Shown here: piece after piece, positions 30,663 through 39,632 of the stretch
How the letters are laid out: each line of letters opens with the position of its first letter
How positions within the stretch are numbered: position 1 is the stretch's first letter
Assembly: GCA_963837465.1 (NCBI GenBank)
Contig: CAWINB010000004.1
Coordinates: 330,853 to 394,852, forward strand
Length of the DNA stretch: 64,000 nt
From: Candidatus Doudnabacteria bacterium
Lineage (GTDB): Bacteria > Patescibacteriota > Doudnabacteria > UBA920
Direction of reading: 5' to 3'
Notes under the pieces: generated by a model
What the model was told of the DNA's origin: nothing
The model's input: only the letters and a program-made list of their open reading frames with translations
The model's database searches: none
Made by a program: the position numbers and the translations under genes

Positions 30663-30673
30663 GGGGGGGGGGG
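30663..30673. repeat. homopolymeric G11 tract between the divergent avd and RT starts
   Basis: ttGGGGGGGGGGGttg, 1 bp upstream of the RT start codon (30674). Confidence 0.9.
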
Positions 30674-31717
30674 TTGTTAAAAGTCATTTTTATAAGTTTA
30701 ATTATGAAAACGCAATTAAAAATAAGTTACGAGGAAATCATTTCACTCGAAAATTTGTTTGCCGCCTGGCAGGAGTTTTTGCCGGGCAAGAGAAAAAAGA
30801 AAGACGTGCAGGAATTTGGCCTTAGGCTTGCTGATAACATTTTACAGCTTCAGGAGGAACTTGCCAATTTTAGCTATATCCACGGCCCATACAAGGCCTT
30901 TAACATTTCTGACCCCAAGCCGAGGAATATCCATAAGGCAAGCGTTCGGGACAGAGTTTTACATCACGCCATTTACCGCAAACTATATCCGTTTTTCGAC
31001 AAAACTTTTATCGGCAGTTCGTATTCCTGCCGTTTGGACAAAGGAGTTCACAAGGCTTTGAATAAGTTTAGGGCATTGGCGTTTAAAGCAAGTAAAAATC
31101 ATACGCAAACAGCTTGGGTGCTCAAGTGTGATATTAAAAAGTTTTTCGCCAGCATTGACCATGCAAAACTGCTGAAAATTTTATCAGCTTACGTTCCCGA
31201 TAAAAATATTCTTTGGGTTTTAGAGCGAATTATTTATAGCTTTGATTATAAGGTAGCAGGCCGCGGCCTCCCGCTTGGCAACCTGACCTCCCAATTATTT
31301 TGCAACGTATATATGAACGAATTTGACCAATTCATAAAACACAAACTCAAGGCCAAATATTATATCCGTTATGCTGATGATTTTGTTTTTTTATCGGGTA
31401 GCAAGGACGAGCTAATATCCTTAGTTCCTAAAGTAGCCGAGTTTTTAGGAGAGGACTTAAAACTGTCTTTGCATCCGGATAAAGTTTTTATAAAGACCTT
31501 GGCCTCGGGCGTGGACTTCCTGGGCTGGGTGCATTTCCCTCATTACCGGGTTCTAAGAAAAAATACCGGCAGAAGAATGTTCAAACGAATTTACGGCCAT
31601 CCAACAAATGAAACATTCCAGTCATATTTAGGGTTAATGAGCCACGGAAATACTTACGGGCTTAAACAAAAATTGTTGAATTGGTATGGGTTACTTAAAA
31701 CAGCACAGCAGGAATAG
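30674..31717 (+). CDS. DGR-type reverse transcriptase
   Basis: 347 aa. RT domains 1-7 with YADD (YIRYADDFVFL) and the DGR-specific LGNLTSQLFCNVY (I/LGxxxSQ) motif. Confidence 0.9.
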   Translation: MLKVIFISLIMKTQLKISYEEIISLENLFAAWQEFLPGKRKKKDVQEFGLRLADNILQLQEELANFSYIHGPYKAFNISDPKPRNIHKASVRDRVLHHAIYRKLYPFFDKTFIGSSYSCRLDKGVHKALNKFRALAFKASKNHTQTAWVLKCDIKKFFASIDHAKLLKILSAYVPDKNILWVLERIIYSFDYKVAGRGLPLGNLTSQLFCNVYMNEFDQFIKHKLKAKYYIRYADDFVFLSGSKDELISLVPKVAEFLGEDLKLSLHPDKVFIKTLASGVDFLGWVHFPHYRVLRKNTGRRMFKRIYGHPTNETFQSYLGLMSHGNTYGLKQKLLNWYGLLKTAQQE

Positions 31718-31786
31718 AAAAGGCCACGTTGCTGGAACGTGGCCCCCGTCTTAATGTGACGACGGATTGAGTGGCTGCTTGCGGGA

Positions 31787-32353
31787 TTACCGACTGACGT
31801 AGGCGAACTGGCCTTCCTGCACCGGCTTGCGTTCGGTAGCGCCGACCAGCGAAGCGACAGTCATGCGCATACCCACCGGCAGATTTTGGAGGAGTGTGGC
31901 ATGGCCGCCTTTGAAGCGGATTGCATCGCGGTAGTTGTTGACCCGCTCGCTGAGCTGATCGAACGTCGCTTCCTGCGGTTTTCCATTGCCTTTGTTGAGA
32001 TTCAACTTGGCTCCGGGTGGAACGCAGATGGCGCAGACAACGGGCGGGTTATTGCTGGTGACAGCTTGTTTGATTTTAGCCACCACACCCGTTTCATTAC
32101 GAACCGACTGCCACGCCTGAAAGGCGTTTAAGTCAGCTACGGAGGCCAGACCGATTGTGCCTGTGCCGAAGCGGTGAGTAACGAGTTCCTCACCCTCTTG
32201 AGCCAGACGGTTATTGACTCCCATCAAGGAGTAGTCGCACATAGGGTTAAACCCTCTTTCCAATTGGATTTTCAAGGTCATGACAGCACCATGAATTATC
32301 CAAATCATAAACGAACAGAGAGAGAGAGAGTCAATAGAGGATTTTTTATGCAA
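31787..32353 (-). CDS. hypothetical protein (GC-rich, probably horizontally acquired)
   Basis: 188 aa (likely start at MTLKIQ...). No recognised domain; local GC content clearly above the window background. Confidence 0.4.
   Translation of the reverse strand: MHKKSSIDSLSLCSFMIWIIHGAVMTLKIQLERGFNPMCDYSLMGVNNRLAQEGEELVTHRFGTGTIGLASVADLNAFQAWQSVRNETGVVAKIKQAVTSNNPPVVCAICVPPGAKLNLNKGNGKPQEATFDQLSERVNNYRDAIRFKGGHATLLQNLPVGMRMTVASLVGATERKPVQEGQFAYVSR
32317..32330. repeat. (AG)7 dinucleotide microsatellite
   Basis: agagagagagagag immediately upstream of the minus-strand gene start. Confidence 0.9.
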
Positions 32354-32549
32354 GGTCGCTAAAAAAATTGATTTTTGCTAAAATATAGTAAACACTACGG
32401 GTCGATTTATAAAAAATTTATGCCGGACTATAATCACCTGCTTGTAACAACCCAAGCTAAAAGCAAAAGGCCAAAATGGTGGTGGATAGTAATTGTTATT
32501 TTTGCAGTTTTGATAGTAATTGTGCTATTAAAAAAATAATTTTATAACT

Positions 32550-33200
32550 ATGGAAACTGAAACCCGTTCTACCCCCCCCCATACCTCTTCCGAGAACCCA
32601 GACACTTGGGTCAAAGACACCACCCAAGCTATGAGGAAGCCTGGCGGCAGGGACTTGGCCGACTACAAGGAATTTTTAGGATTTACCGAAAATGAGCTTG
32701 CAGGCAAGACAATTTTAGATTTGGGTTCGGGTTCAAAAGAAAAATTATCACGCCAGCTAAAGGAAGCCGGCGTTGTTGCTAATGTAGTTAGTCTGAACCC
32801 GGATTATACCATTCCTAAGTATAGGCGCATTATAAACAACGAGGAAGACTGGCAGAAAAAATCCGTAGCCGCCTTAGCCCAAAGCCTGCCTTTTAAGGAT
32901 GGCAGCTTTGACAGTGTTTTATCTTTGGAAGCCATAACGATGTATGAGGATGCTTTTGAAAAACCGGACAGTGCCAAAAAATGGGCGGCAGAAATAGCAA
33001 GGGTCTTAAAACCCGGCGGCGAAGCAAGGCTGGGAGAAATTTTGGGTTTCAAAGGTGAACTAAAGCAACAGGCTTGGCAGGAGCTGGTTAGGCTTTTTGC
33101 GGATTTAGGCGTAGAGGCAAGAATTGAGCAATTTAAAATCAGGGAAACAAACCCGATGCCGAGATTTAGGTTGGTTCTGAAAAAATCTTTAATCCAATAA
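32550..33200 (+). CDS. class I SAM-dependent methyltransferase with a C9 tract in codons 8-10
   Basis: ILDLGSGS (motif I) ... VLKPGGEARLG. Homopolymer C9 at 32572-32580 encodes TPP near the annotated N-terminus; an alternative start is MRKPGG at ~32625. Confidence 0.65.
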   Translation: METETRSTPPHTSSENPDTWVKDTTQAMRKPGGRDLADYKEFLGFTENELAGKTILDLGSGSKEKLSRQLKEAGVVANVVSLNPDYTIPKYRRIINNEEDWQKKSVAALAQSLPFKDGSFDSVLSLEAITMYEDAFEKPDSAKKWAAEIARVLKPGGEARLGEILGFKGELKQQAWQELVRLFADLGVEARIEQFKIRETNPMPRFRLVLKKSLIQ

Positions 33201-33222
33201 TTAACCATTAACCTTTTTATTT

Positions 33223-33657
33223 ATGACAGAAATCAAAAGAAATTTTGAGGATGAACCCACTCGCCAAGAGCGTGATCCTCAACATTTAGAAGTAAAGCGT
33301 TTGTTTGAATCCTTAGCAGCCCAACACGGCACTGGGATTATGCTTAAGTATATTGAAAGTGTTACCGATGTTGCTCCCAAAGTGGCGTCCGAATGGTTTG
33401 AAGGTCATCGTCATCCCAGCTCAGGTATTCGCAAGGCTATCCTTAACTGCTTGCGGAATTTTAAGCATGAAGATTTACCCAAGCAACCGGAACATATAAA
33501 AGCTCCGCTGGCTACCAGTCAGCCAAAAGAAAATAAACAAATTCCAACAAGACAGCCAAGGCCGCAGGAGCAGAAAAAACAGGAAACCATTGCAAAAAAT
33601 GAAGCTGAGCTTAAAGCCATAATGGATAGGGCAAGGGAAAAGGGGCAAATAACTTAG
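33223..33657 (+). CDS. hypothetical protein
   Basis: 144 aa with a charged, low-complexity C-terminal half. Confidence 0.4.
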   Translation: MTEIKRNFEDEPTRQERDPQHLEVKRLFESLAAQHGTGIMLKYIESVTDVAPKVASEWFEGHRHPSSGIRKAILNCLRNFKHEDLPKQPEHIKAPLATSQPKENKQIPTRQPRPQEQKKQETIAKNEAELKAIMDRAREKGQIT

Positions 33658-33725
33658 TTTTTTATAGATTTATTGGTCTTTATATAGGACTTGACAATGT
33701 GGTGTTTACCATATACAATTGAAGT

Positions 33726-34040
33726 ATGGATTTCATATTAAACAATTTTGAGGGTTTTGAGTGGGATGAGGGGAACGAACAAAAGAGCTTTTTGAAACAT
33801 GGCATTACGCCATTGGAAGCGGAAGAAGCATTTTTTAACCCCAATTTTATATCAGCTGATCCTGTCCATAGCCAGAGCGAAAAGCGTTACCGCTTATTGG
33901 GCAGAACTAACAGTAGTAAAGTTTTAATAATAGCTTTTACAATAAGAAGTAACAAAGCGAGAGTTATCTCTTCGCGATTAGCCAATAAAAAAGAAAGGAC
34001 ATTATATGACCAAGCAGTTAAAGCCAATTCCCAAATTTAA
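33726..34040 (+). CDS. brnT: BrnT (DUF497) ribonuclease toxin
   Basis: FEWDEGNEQKSFLKHGITPLEAEEAFFNP...RYRLLGRT...VLIIAFTIRSNKARVISSRLANKKERTLY matches the BrnT consensus. Confidence 0.8.
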   Translation: MDFILNNFEGFEWDEGNEQKSFLKHGITPLEAEEAFFNPNFISADPVHSQSEKRYRLLGRTNSSKVLIIAFTIRSNKARVISSRLANKKERTLYDQAVKANSQI

Positions 34041-34272
34041 GACTGAAGCCGAAGAAGCCAAGTTTTGGAATAGCCACGACTCTACCCAGTATATTGACTG
34101 GTTAAAAGCCCCGCGTGGCGTTTTTCCTAACCTAAAACCATCTTCTCAATCTGTTTCACTTCGCATTCCAGCCAACATATTAGCTCGCATTAAAGTGCAA
34201 GCCAATCAGTTAGACGTGCCTTATCAATCTTTGATGAAGCAGTATATTGCTAACGGTGTAATGAAGAATTAA
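34006..34272 (+). CDS. brnA: BrnA antitoxin
   Basis: EAEEAKFWNSHDSTQYIDW...VSLRIPANILARIKVQANQLDVPYQSLMKQYI; overlaps the brnT 3' end. Confidence 0.8.
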   Translation: MTKQLKPIPKFKTEAEEAKFWNSHDSTQYIDWLKAPRGVFPNLKPSSQSVSLRIPANILARIKVQANQLDVPYQSLMKQYIANGVMKN

Positions 34273-34277
34273 ATGCA

Positions 34278-34487
34278 ATGGGCAGTATAAGACATATTGA
34301 CGCAGGTCATCCGGATGAGTGGTATAAGGACAGGTTTATGGTCACATTTACCGAGGAAGGTATAATGGATCTGAGGTACCAAGATTGGGTTGGCGGCAGG
34401 ATGGAAGTGTATGTTGTGGGAGAGCAGTATGCAATAGATGAAATTCGGTTTTTTTACCCCAAACACATTAGAATGGATAAACTTTAG
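34278..34487 (+). CDS. small hypothetical protein
   Basis: 69 aa ORF only. Confidence 0.25.
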   Translation: MGSIRHIDAGHPDEWYKDRFMVTFTEEGIMDLRYQDWVGGRMEVYVVGEQYAIDEIRFFYPKHIRMDKL

Positions 34488-34587
34488 GGAGCAATATGAT
34501 GGCAAGTGGTTAGATAAAACTGCATTTGAAGACGTAGTGGAAACGGTAAAGAAAAGGTTTTACACCAAACCAGAAAGCAGAATTTAA

Positions 34588-34675
34588 CAATTAAATTGAT
34601 CTTTTAAATTTTTAATACAGTAGTAGTTTGTCAGGCAATTTCCGTTTACAACGGCTCAGAAACACCTCCTTTCTA
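34588..34675 (+). repeat. right-arm repeat X copy 1 with the 16S-end core (CACCTCCTTTCT at 34664-34675)
   Basis: aattgatcttttaaatttttaatacagtagtagtttgtcaggcaatttccgtttacaacggctcagaaacacctcc is near-identical to 51785-51865. Confidence 0.8.
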
Positions 34676-34942
34676 AGGAATAAATATGCAGCCTTAAACT
34701 TTTCGAAGTTTATGTTGTTGCACATTCCAGTGGTCGTCATCTTCTATTTCGATAGAAGGTGCACATACTCTAACGATTGAACGTAAACGAACGGTTTTGT
34801 AAAAGGTAATTCTACCCTTATTTTCGCAAGATTATAAGGAGTCTCAACGCCTTAAATGTTGGGAGTCACTATTTAGCCGTTAAGGGAACTTAACGAAATT
34901 GCAAATAAAAGCCTCGTCATCAGCAATGATAACGAGGTTTTT
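34676..34942 (+). repeat. element-arm repeat copy 2 (upstream of integrase A2)
   Basis: Same conserved blocks as 17873-18137. Hairpin variant ccttattttcgcaagattataagg. Confidence 0.65.
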
Positions 34943-35929
34943 ATGTATGAGGTTAATTCGGTAGAAAGAGTCGCAAAAGGTGGAATTGCGGCGACAGTCA
35001 GCCCCGCCGCTCCTATCGGCACAAAGATTAGCACTTTGGTGCCGCAATTCTTGGCTTATGGCCAGTATGACCTGTCCTTTGCCGCAGGCACCATAGAGAA
35101 ATACCGCGATAGCCTAAACGTCTTTATGCGGGACGTTGGGGATTTGCCCGTAGAGGAATTAAACTTTGGGCATTTTACTTTGCTGAAACAAAAAATTATG
35201 GAAAGGGGGTCGGGGGTCTCACGCATAGCGGGCGTGGTCTTTGCGATGAAAAGTATGTTAAAGTTTGCTACCGACGTATTGGAGATGCAGATTTTGGATT
35301 ATAAGAAAATCAGAGCGCCGAAGCGGCGCAGGCGGGACGTAGTTTATTTAACCAATGCCGAAATCCAGCAGTTCGTTGACAGCATAAAGTTTGAAAAATG
35401 CTGGACGGGCAATACCCGTAAAAAGGGCATCAGCGTCCACCGCCTGAGGTTTCGGACTTTGGTTGAAGTCTTGCTTGGCACGGGGATGCGTATAAGCGAA
35501 GCATTGTCGCTTACAAGGGATGTTATAAACTTTGAAAAAGGCGAGGCTAAGATAATCGGCAAAGGAAGCAAGGAGCGCACAGTGTTTTTTAACGAACGGG
35601 CTTTGTATTGGATTAAGTTTTATTTGGAACAGAGAAACGACGACAATCCCGTTATATTTTTAAACCGAAAAGGCAAGCCGCTGGACAGGGGCGATGCCGA
35701 TACTTTGTTTAAGCGTTACGCAGAAAGGTCAGGTATAACTAAAAAATTAACGCCGCACATTTTGCGGCACACGATGGCGACGAATCTGCTTTTTAACGGA
35801 TGCCCGATTGGCCATATTAAGGAAATCCTCGGACACGACCGATTAGAGACAACTTGTCGTTATTATTTGGGCTTAGACAAAGATAAAGCTAAAGAAGCCC
35901 ACGGCCAATTTTTAAATTACGAACAATAA
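34943..35929 (+). CDS. tyrosine recombinase/integrase, A-type paralog 2
   Basis: 328 aa: LRFRTLVEVLLGTGMRISEALSL...KIIGKGSKERTVFFNE...HILRHTMATNLLFNGCPI...TTCRYYLG. Confidence 0.9.
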   Translation: MYEVNSVERVAKGGIAATVSPAAPIGTKISTLVPQFLAYGQYDLSFAAGTIEKYRDSLNVFMRDVGDLPVEELNFGHFTLLKQKIMERGSGVSRIAGVVFAMKSMLKFATDVLEMQILDYKKIRAPKRRRRDVVYLTNAEIQQFVDSIKFEKCWTGNTRKKGISVHRLRFRTLVEVLLGTGMRISEALSLTRDVINFEKGEAKIIGKGSKERTVFFNERALYWIKFYLEQRNDDNPVIFLNRKGKPLDRGDADTLFKRYAERSGITKKLTPHILRHTMATNLLFNGCPIGHIKEILGHDRLETTCRYYLGLDKDKAKEAHGQFLNYEQ

Positions 35930-35934
35930 GGCCT

Positions 35935-36690
35935 CTAAACAAGCTGGTGATAAATCGTCGCTGTAATTGTTCCAGCATCAAGCATAACAATAATCTGCTC
36001 GCAAGCATTTTTGAAATCGCCGAAGAAGTCTTCTGCAACTAAAATTAAGTTACCTTTTTGGTCAGAAGATAGATTTTGTTTATTATAGATGCGCTCGGAG
36101 AGAATGATTGTCTGATGTGGCAGAGTATAGTGATTAACACCACACCTGAGTTCTTTATAAAGCCTGTCCTTGTAAGGCTGGTATGATGGCGGAAAGAGTT
36201 TGTCTATGGCATTTTTAAATCTGTTGCCGCTTTCCCTGTCCACAAAAAAAGAATTGCTGGTATCAAGGAATGTTCCCAATAATTCTACCCCAGCCATCAT
36301 CAAACTCCAAGAATAAAACGGGTGCTTCTGAACAATATCTTGGGTTTGGCTTATTAAGTCCTGCAATATTTGTTTTTGAGACATTGCATTCGCAGGCGCT
36401 GGTATGGAGCCTATGGAAAAGCTCTGCGTGCCAGCTGTAGAATGGGCGAGCGCAAAACCTACGGTGGTTCCAGAAGAAGATAGACCAGCCGCTACTGTTG
36501 TTCCGCTAAAACCGCCTATTGGCTGATTTAAAGCAGGTGCTGGTTTATTGGATGTTTGAGTTTCGGGTTCTGTTAAAAATTTGTTTTTTAGTTTGAAATA
36601 AAGAACTATAAGCAGAGCCGCTACCAAAATTGCAAAAACTGTCCATCCAAAAATTAGCACTATAAATTTTATCAGACCCCAGATAATCAT
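35935..36690 (-). CDS. hypothetical membrane-anchored protein
   Basis: 251 aa with an N-terminal TM helix, a Ser/Thr/Gly-rich linker, and a globular C-terminus. Confidence 0.5.
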   Translation of the reverse strand: MIIWGLIKFIVLIFGWTVFAILVAALLIVLYFKLKNKFLTEPETQTSNKPAPALNQPIGGFSGTTVAAGLSSSGTTVGFALAHSTAGTQSFSIGSIPAPANAMSQKQILQDLISQTQDIVQKHPFYSWSLMMAGVELLGTFLDTSNSFFVDRESGNRFKNAIDKLFPPSYQPYKDRLYKELRCGVNHYTLPHQTIILSERIYNKQNLSSDQKGNLILVAEDFFGDFKNACEQIIVMLDAGTITATIYHQLV

Positions 36691-36791
36691 ATAATTTAAT
36701 TTGTTTCTTTAATTATACTCGCTTTGCCTATTATTGCCATTGGTTGCGGATAACCCGATAGACATTTTATTTTGAATCCTTTAGAGTCGAG

Positions 36792-37004
36792 TTGAAATTA
36801 AACAACTTGGCTATGAAATTTAAAAATCGGGCAGAAAAAATGGAATGGCTAAAAGCCACAGGGCAGAAGATACAGCAAATGGCGCACGACCGCCGAATCG
36901 CCATTGTGCGGGGCGAGTTTGGCCGAGCCTATGACTTGCTACGTGGTATAAACTTCGCCCGCCGAGAATTTAAGAAAATTAGCGAATCGCTAAGGCCTCA
37001 CTAA
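36792..37004 (+). CDS. small hypothetical protein
   Basis: 70 aa, basic. Confidence 0.3.
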   Translation: MKLNNLAMKFKNRAEKMEWLKATGQKIQQMAHDRRIAIVRGEFGRAYDLLRGINFARREFKKISESLRPH

Positions 37005-37187
37005 TAATTATATTTTACCGTCCGTGAGATTAAGCGGGCTGTTCGTAATAGATATAAAAAATTGAGAGAAAAAAAATTGGAAAATTAGTGTCACACCTTT
37101 GATGACCGCAATCGAGTTGTGAGATAAAATTGTAGATACATAAAGAGTATCTATTTTTTTATGTAAATTTAGAAAATTATTTAGGCC

Positions 37188-38048
37188 GTGGAAACGGCCA
37201 GAAAGGTAAGTATGAAAGATTTTAAGATAGTCCCCGATGAATTACAAGACCGCCTTATCAGCGGCGAAATAAATATCAAAAATTGGATGGTGGCAATATG
37301 GATATATGTAAACACCAACCGATTTAATGGTTATTGCGTAACCAGCTATCAGGAAATCGCCAGCATCTTCAAAGGGTTGATAGAAGAAAGTAATGCCAGA
37401 ACCATTTTCCGCAAATTGCGCCACCTGAAAATAATAACATTTAAAAATCATAAGGGAGTGGCGGGCAAGTTTAAAGTTTGGCCGAATAAAATAATAATGT
37501 ATAACAAAAAAATTCAGTTGGTAGTTGGCGAGCAGGGAGAAGTTAAGCGTATAGGTAACGGCGACAAAAAAGATGACGACCTTGACCCACCTTCCGAGCT
37601 AGACCATTCACAGCTTACAGCCGAAATTCACAACCTAAATGATGGCAAAGCCCCTGAACTATTGCCAGAAAGCGACCCTATAAATAGTAGAATTCACAAC
37701 CACCAAGAGAGAGAGTCAGAGTCAGATGAAGATTCATATAACGATACGAACGATGCTTTGCCTGAAGGCAAAGCTCTCTCAATCTACATTGCTATGAAAT
37801 TAGGAGAACCCAATGTCGCCACTATAGAGGCATTAGAAAAACAGTATAGCCCTGAACAAATGCTAGAAGCTTTGGAGTCTACTTTAAGACGGGCAAAAAG
37901 AAAGGGCGGCGATGATGATAGCTATGTGGAAAATCCCGCCGCTTATTTTACCACCACATTAAAGCAGATGAAGAAATTAGAGGAGATGGATAAAACACGT
38001 GATGATTCTTGGATGCTTAATTTTCCTAAAGCCGACAGCAACCAATAA
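37188..38048 (+). CDS. hypothetical protein with possible wHTH N-terminus and DnaD-like C-terminus (replication organiser?)
   Basis: 286 aa with an acidic low-complexity centre. C-terminal ...NPAAYFTTTLKQ resembles DnaD-domain ends. Weak call. Confidence 0.35.
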   Translation: METARKVSMKDFKIVPDELQDRLISGEINIKNWMVAIWIYVNTNRFNGYCVTSYQEIASIFKGLIEESNARTIFRKLRHLKIITFKNHKGVAGKFKVWPNKIIMYNKKIQLVVGEQGEVKRIGNGDKKDDDLDPPSELDHSQLTAEIHNLNDGKAPELLPESDPINSRIHNHQERESESDEDSYNDTNDALPEGKALSIYIAMKLGEPNVATIEALEKQYSPEQMLEALESTLRRAKRKGGDDDSYVENPAAYFTTTLKQMKKLEEMDKTRDDSWMLNFPKADSNQ

Positions 38049-38258
38049 AGTTTAATTTAATTATTCATTTAGAAAGGAGTAATATGTAACATCCAACATT
38101 TATTAGGGGTTCCCGCCGCTGAAACCCGCACAAATAAAAAAGCCCACCCGTGGAAGGACTAGGCTTTTCAGTGGCAACACATTAACAACTAATTTTCGTT
38201 AACGGCTCTGCCTATTTATATTATAGGCGAGCTGGCGAAAAAAGCAAGAAAGGCCAAA

Positions 38259-38477
38259 ATGCCAAAAACAGCAATAAGTAAAGTATCACCCAACCATAAG
38301 GAACTTCTAAAAAATTATAACCAGCAAAAAGTGGAACTTCATCAAGCGTTGAAACTTTTAATCGTTTGCAGTGATTCCTTAGATTCTGCAATAGATGGGA
38401 TAATAGATGCAACGATGGATGTTCTGGCCAAAGCTGAAGAGGAATGTCGTATGGAGTTCCAAACAGTAAATAAGTAA
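38259..38477 (+). CDS. small hypothetical protein
   Basis: 72 aa, helical. Confidence 0.3.
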   Translation: MPKTAISKVSPNHKELLKNYNQQKVELHQALKLLIVCSDSLDSAIDGIIDATMDVLAKAEEECRMEFQTVNK

Positions 38478-38582
38478 GATTGGTAGTTTTATTCAGAAAT
38501 TTAATAAATAATTTTCGTTTCGCCTCCCGCCCGCATTTCTAATCGGGCGAGAGGCGGCGAAAAAGACTAAGGAAATTATAAA

Positions 38583-39614
38583 ATGCAAAATACAGCAGTA
38601 GCAACTATGAACCCGCCTATGCTGGCGGTTGCAGAAGACTTGTCGCCGATAGAAATTGTCTATTTGGCCACAAGCGAGATTCGGCCTGATAAAAATCAGC
38701 CCCGTAAATCTCTAGACAGTAAGAAAATTAAGGAAATGGCGGAAAGCATTAAGGCCGTTCGGGGGATTATAAATCCCATCGAAGTCGACCAAGACTATAT
38801 TATTGTTACGGGACAGCTCCGCTGGGAAGCCGCTAAGGTGGCGGGGTTAGAAAAAGTGCCGTGCAAAATAATAGAAATCAGCGATGAGGAGCGCTTCCGC
38901 AGGCAAGTAGTGGAAAACTTGCACCACAACGTGATGAGCGATATGGATATTGCTAAAGCATTTGCTAAGATGCTTAACATTCTACCTGGTAGCAGGTTGC
39001 AGGGAAAAGACGCTGGCCTTAGCCGCTTGGCTGAAGATATTGGTAAAAGCGTGGACTACATCAGCCAGCATTTAGACCGATTGGAAGACTCTGGGCGCAT
39101 TCAGGAAGCTTTGAGTTCGGGAAAAATTTCTTTTACCCACGCAAGAGAGACAAAGAAAGTTCCCGCTGGCTTCAGGGAAGCCGTAGAGAAAAAAATGCTG
39201 GCGGGCGAGTTTCCCCATAGCGGTTCCATAGCGGAATTGGCTAAAGGCTTAAAGAGGAATCCAGATAAAGCCGACCAAATTTTGGCATTTAATTTTACGG
39301 AGTTAAAGTCGCCTGAGGAAGTTAAACAGGCAGTATCCAAAATTGCATCTCCTGCGGCGGATGCTTCGGGGGCAGTAGAGGAATTCAATAGAATTATAAA
39401 TGGGCTTATGCACTGGCTTGAAAACACCCCGTCGTCCTATGCCGCTGAACACCCCGAATTGAAAATCAACCAAACGCTAACCAAGCTCGGCAAGGAGATT
39501 AAGAAATGGCTGAAAAATCTGAAAGAATTTCAGGCTCGAGCGGAAGTTAAGGGGCAGACGATGTTGGATATGGATATCCCCGAAATAACAGTAGATGATA
39601 TCCCCGAATTCTAA
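38583..39614 (+). CDS. ParB/Spo0J-like N-terminal domain protein (partition/nuclease-like)
   Basis: IEIVYLATSEIRPDKNQPRK...INPIEVDQDYIIVTGQLRWEAAKVAGLEKVPCKII matches the ParB N-terminal box. Confidence 0.65.
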   Translation: MQNTAVATMNPPMLAVAEDLSPIEIVYLATSEIRPDKNQPRKSLDSKKIKEMAESIKAVRGIINPIEVDQDYIIVTGQLRWEAAKVAGLEKVPCKIIEISDEERFRRQVVENLHHNVMSDMDIAKAFAKMLNILPGSRLQGKDAGLSRLAEDIGKSVDYISQHLDRLEDSGRIQEALSSGKISFTHARETKKVPAGFREAVEKKMLAGEFPHSGSIAELAKGLKRNPDKADQILAFNFTELKSPEEVKQAVSKIASPAADASGAVEEFNRIINGLMHWLENTPSSYAAEHPELKINQTLTKLGKEIKKWLKNLKEFQARAEVKGQTMLDMDIPEITVDDIPEF

Positions 39615-39632
39615 AATTAAAGACATAACCAT

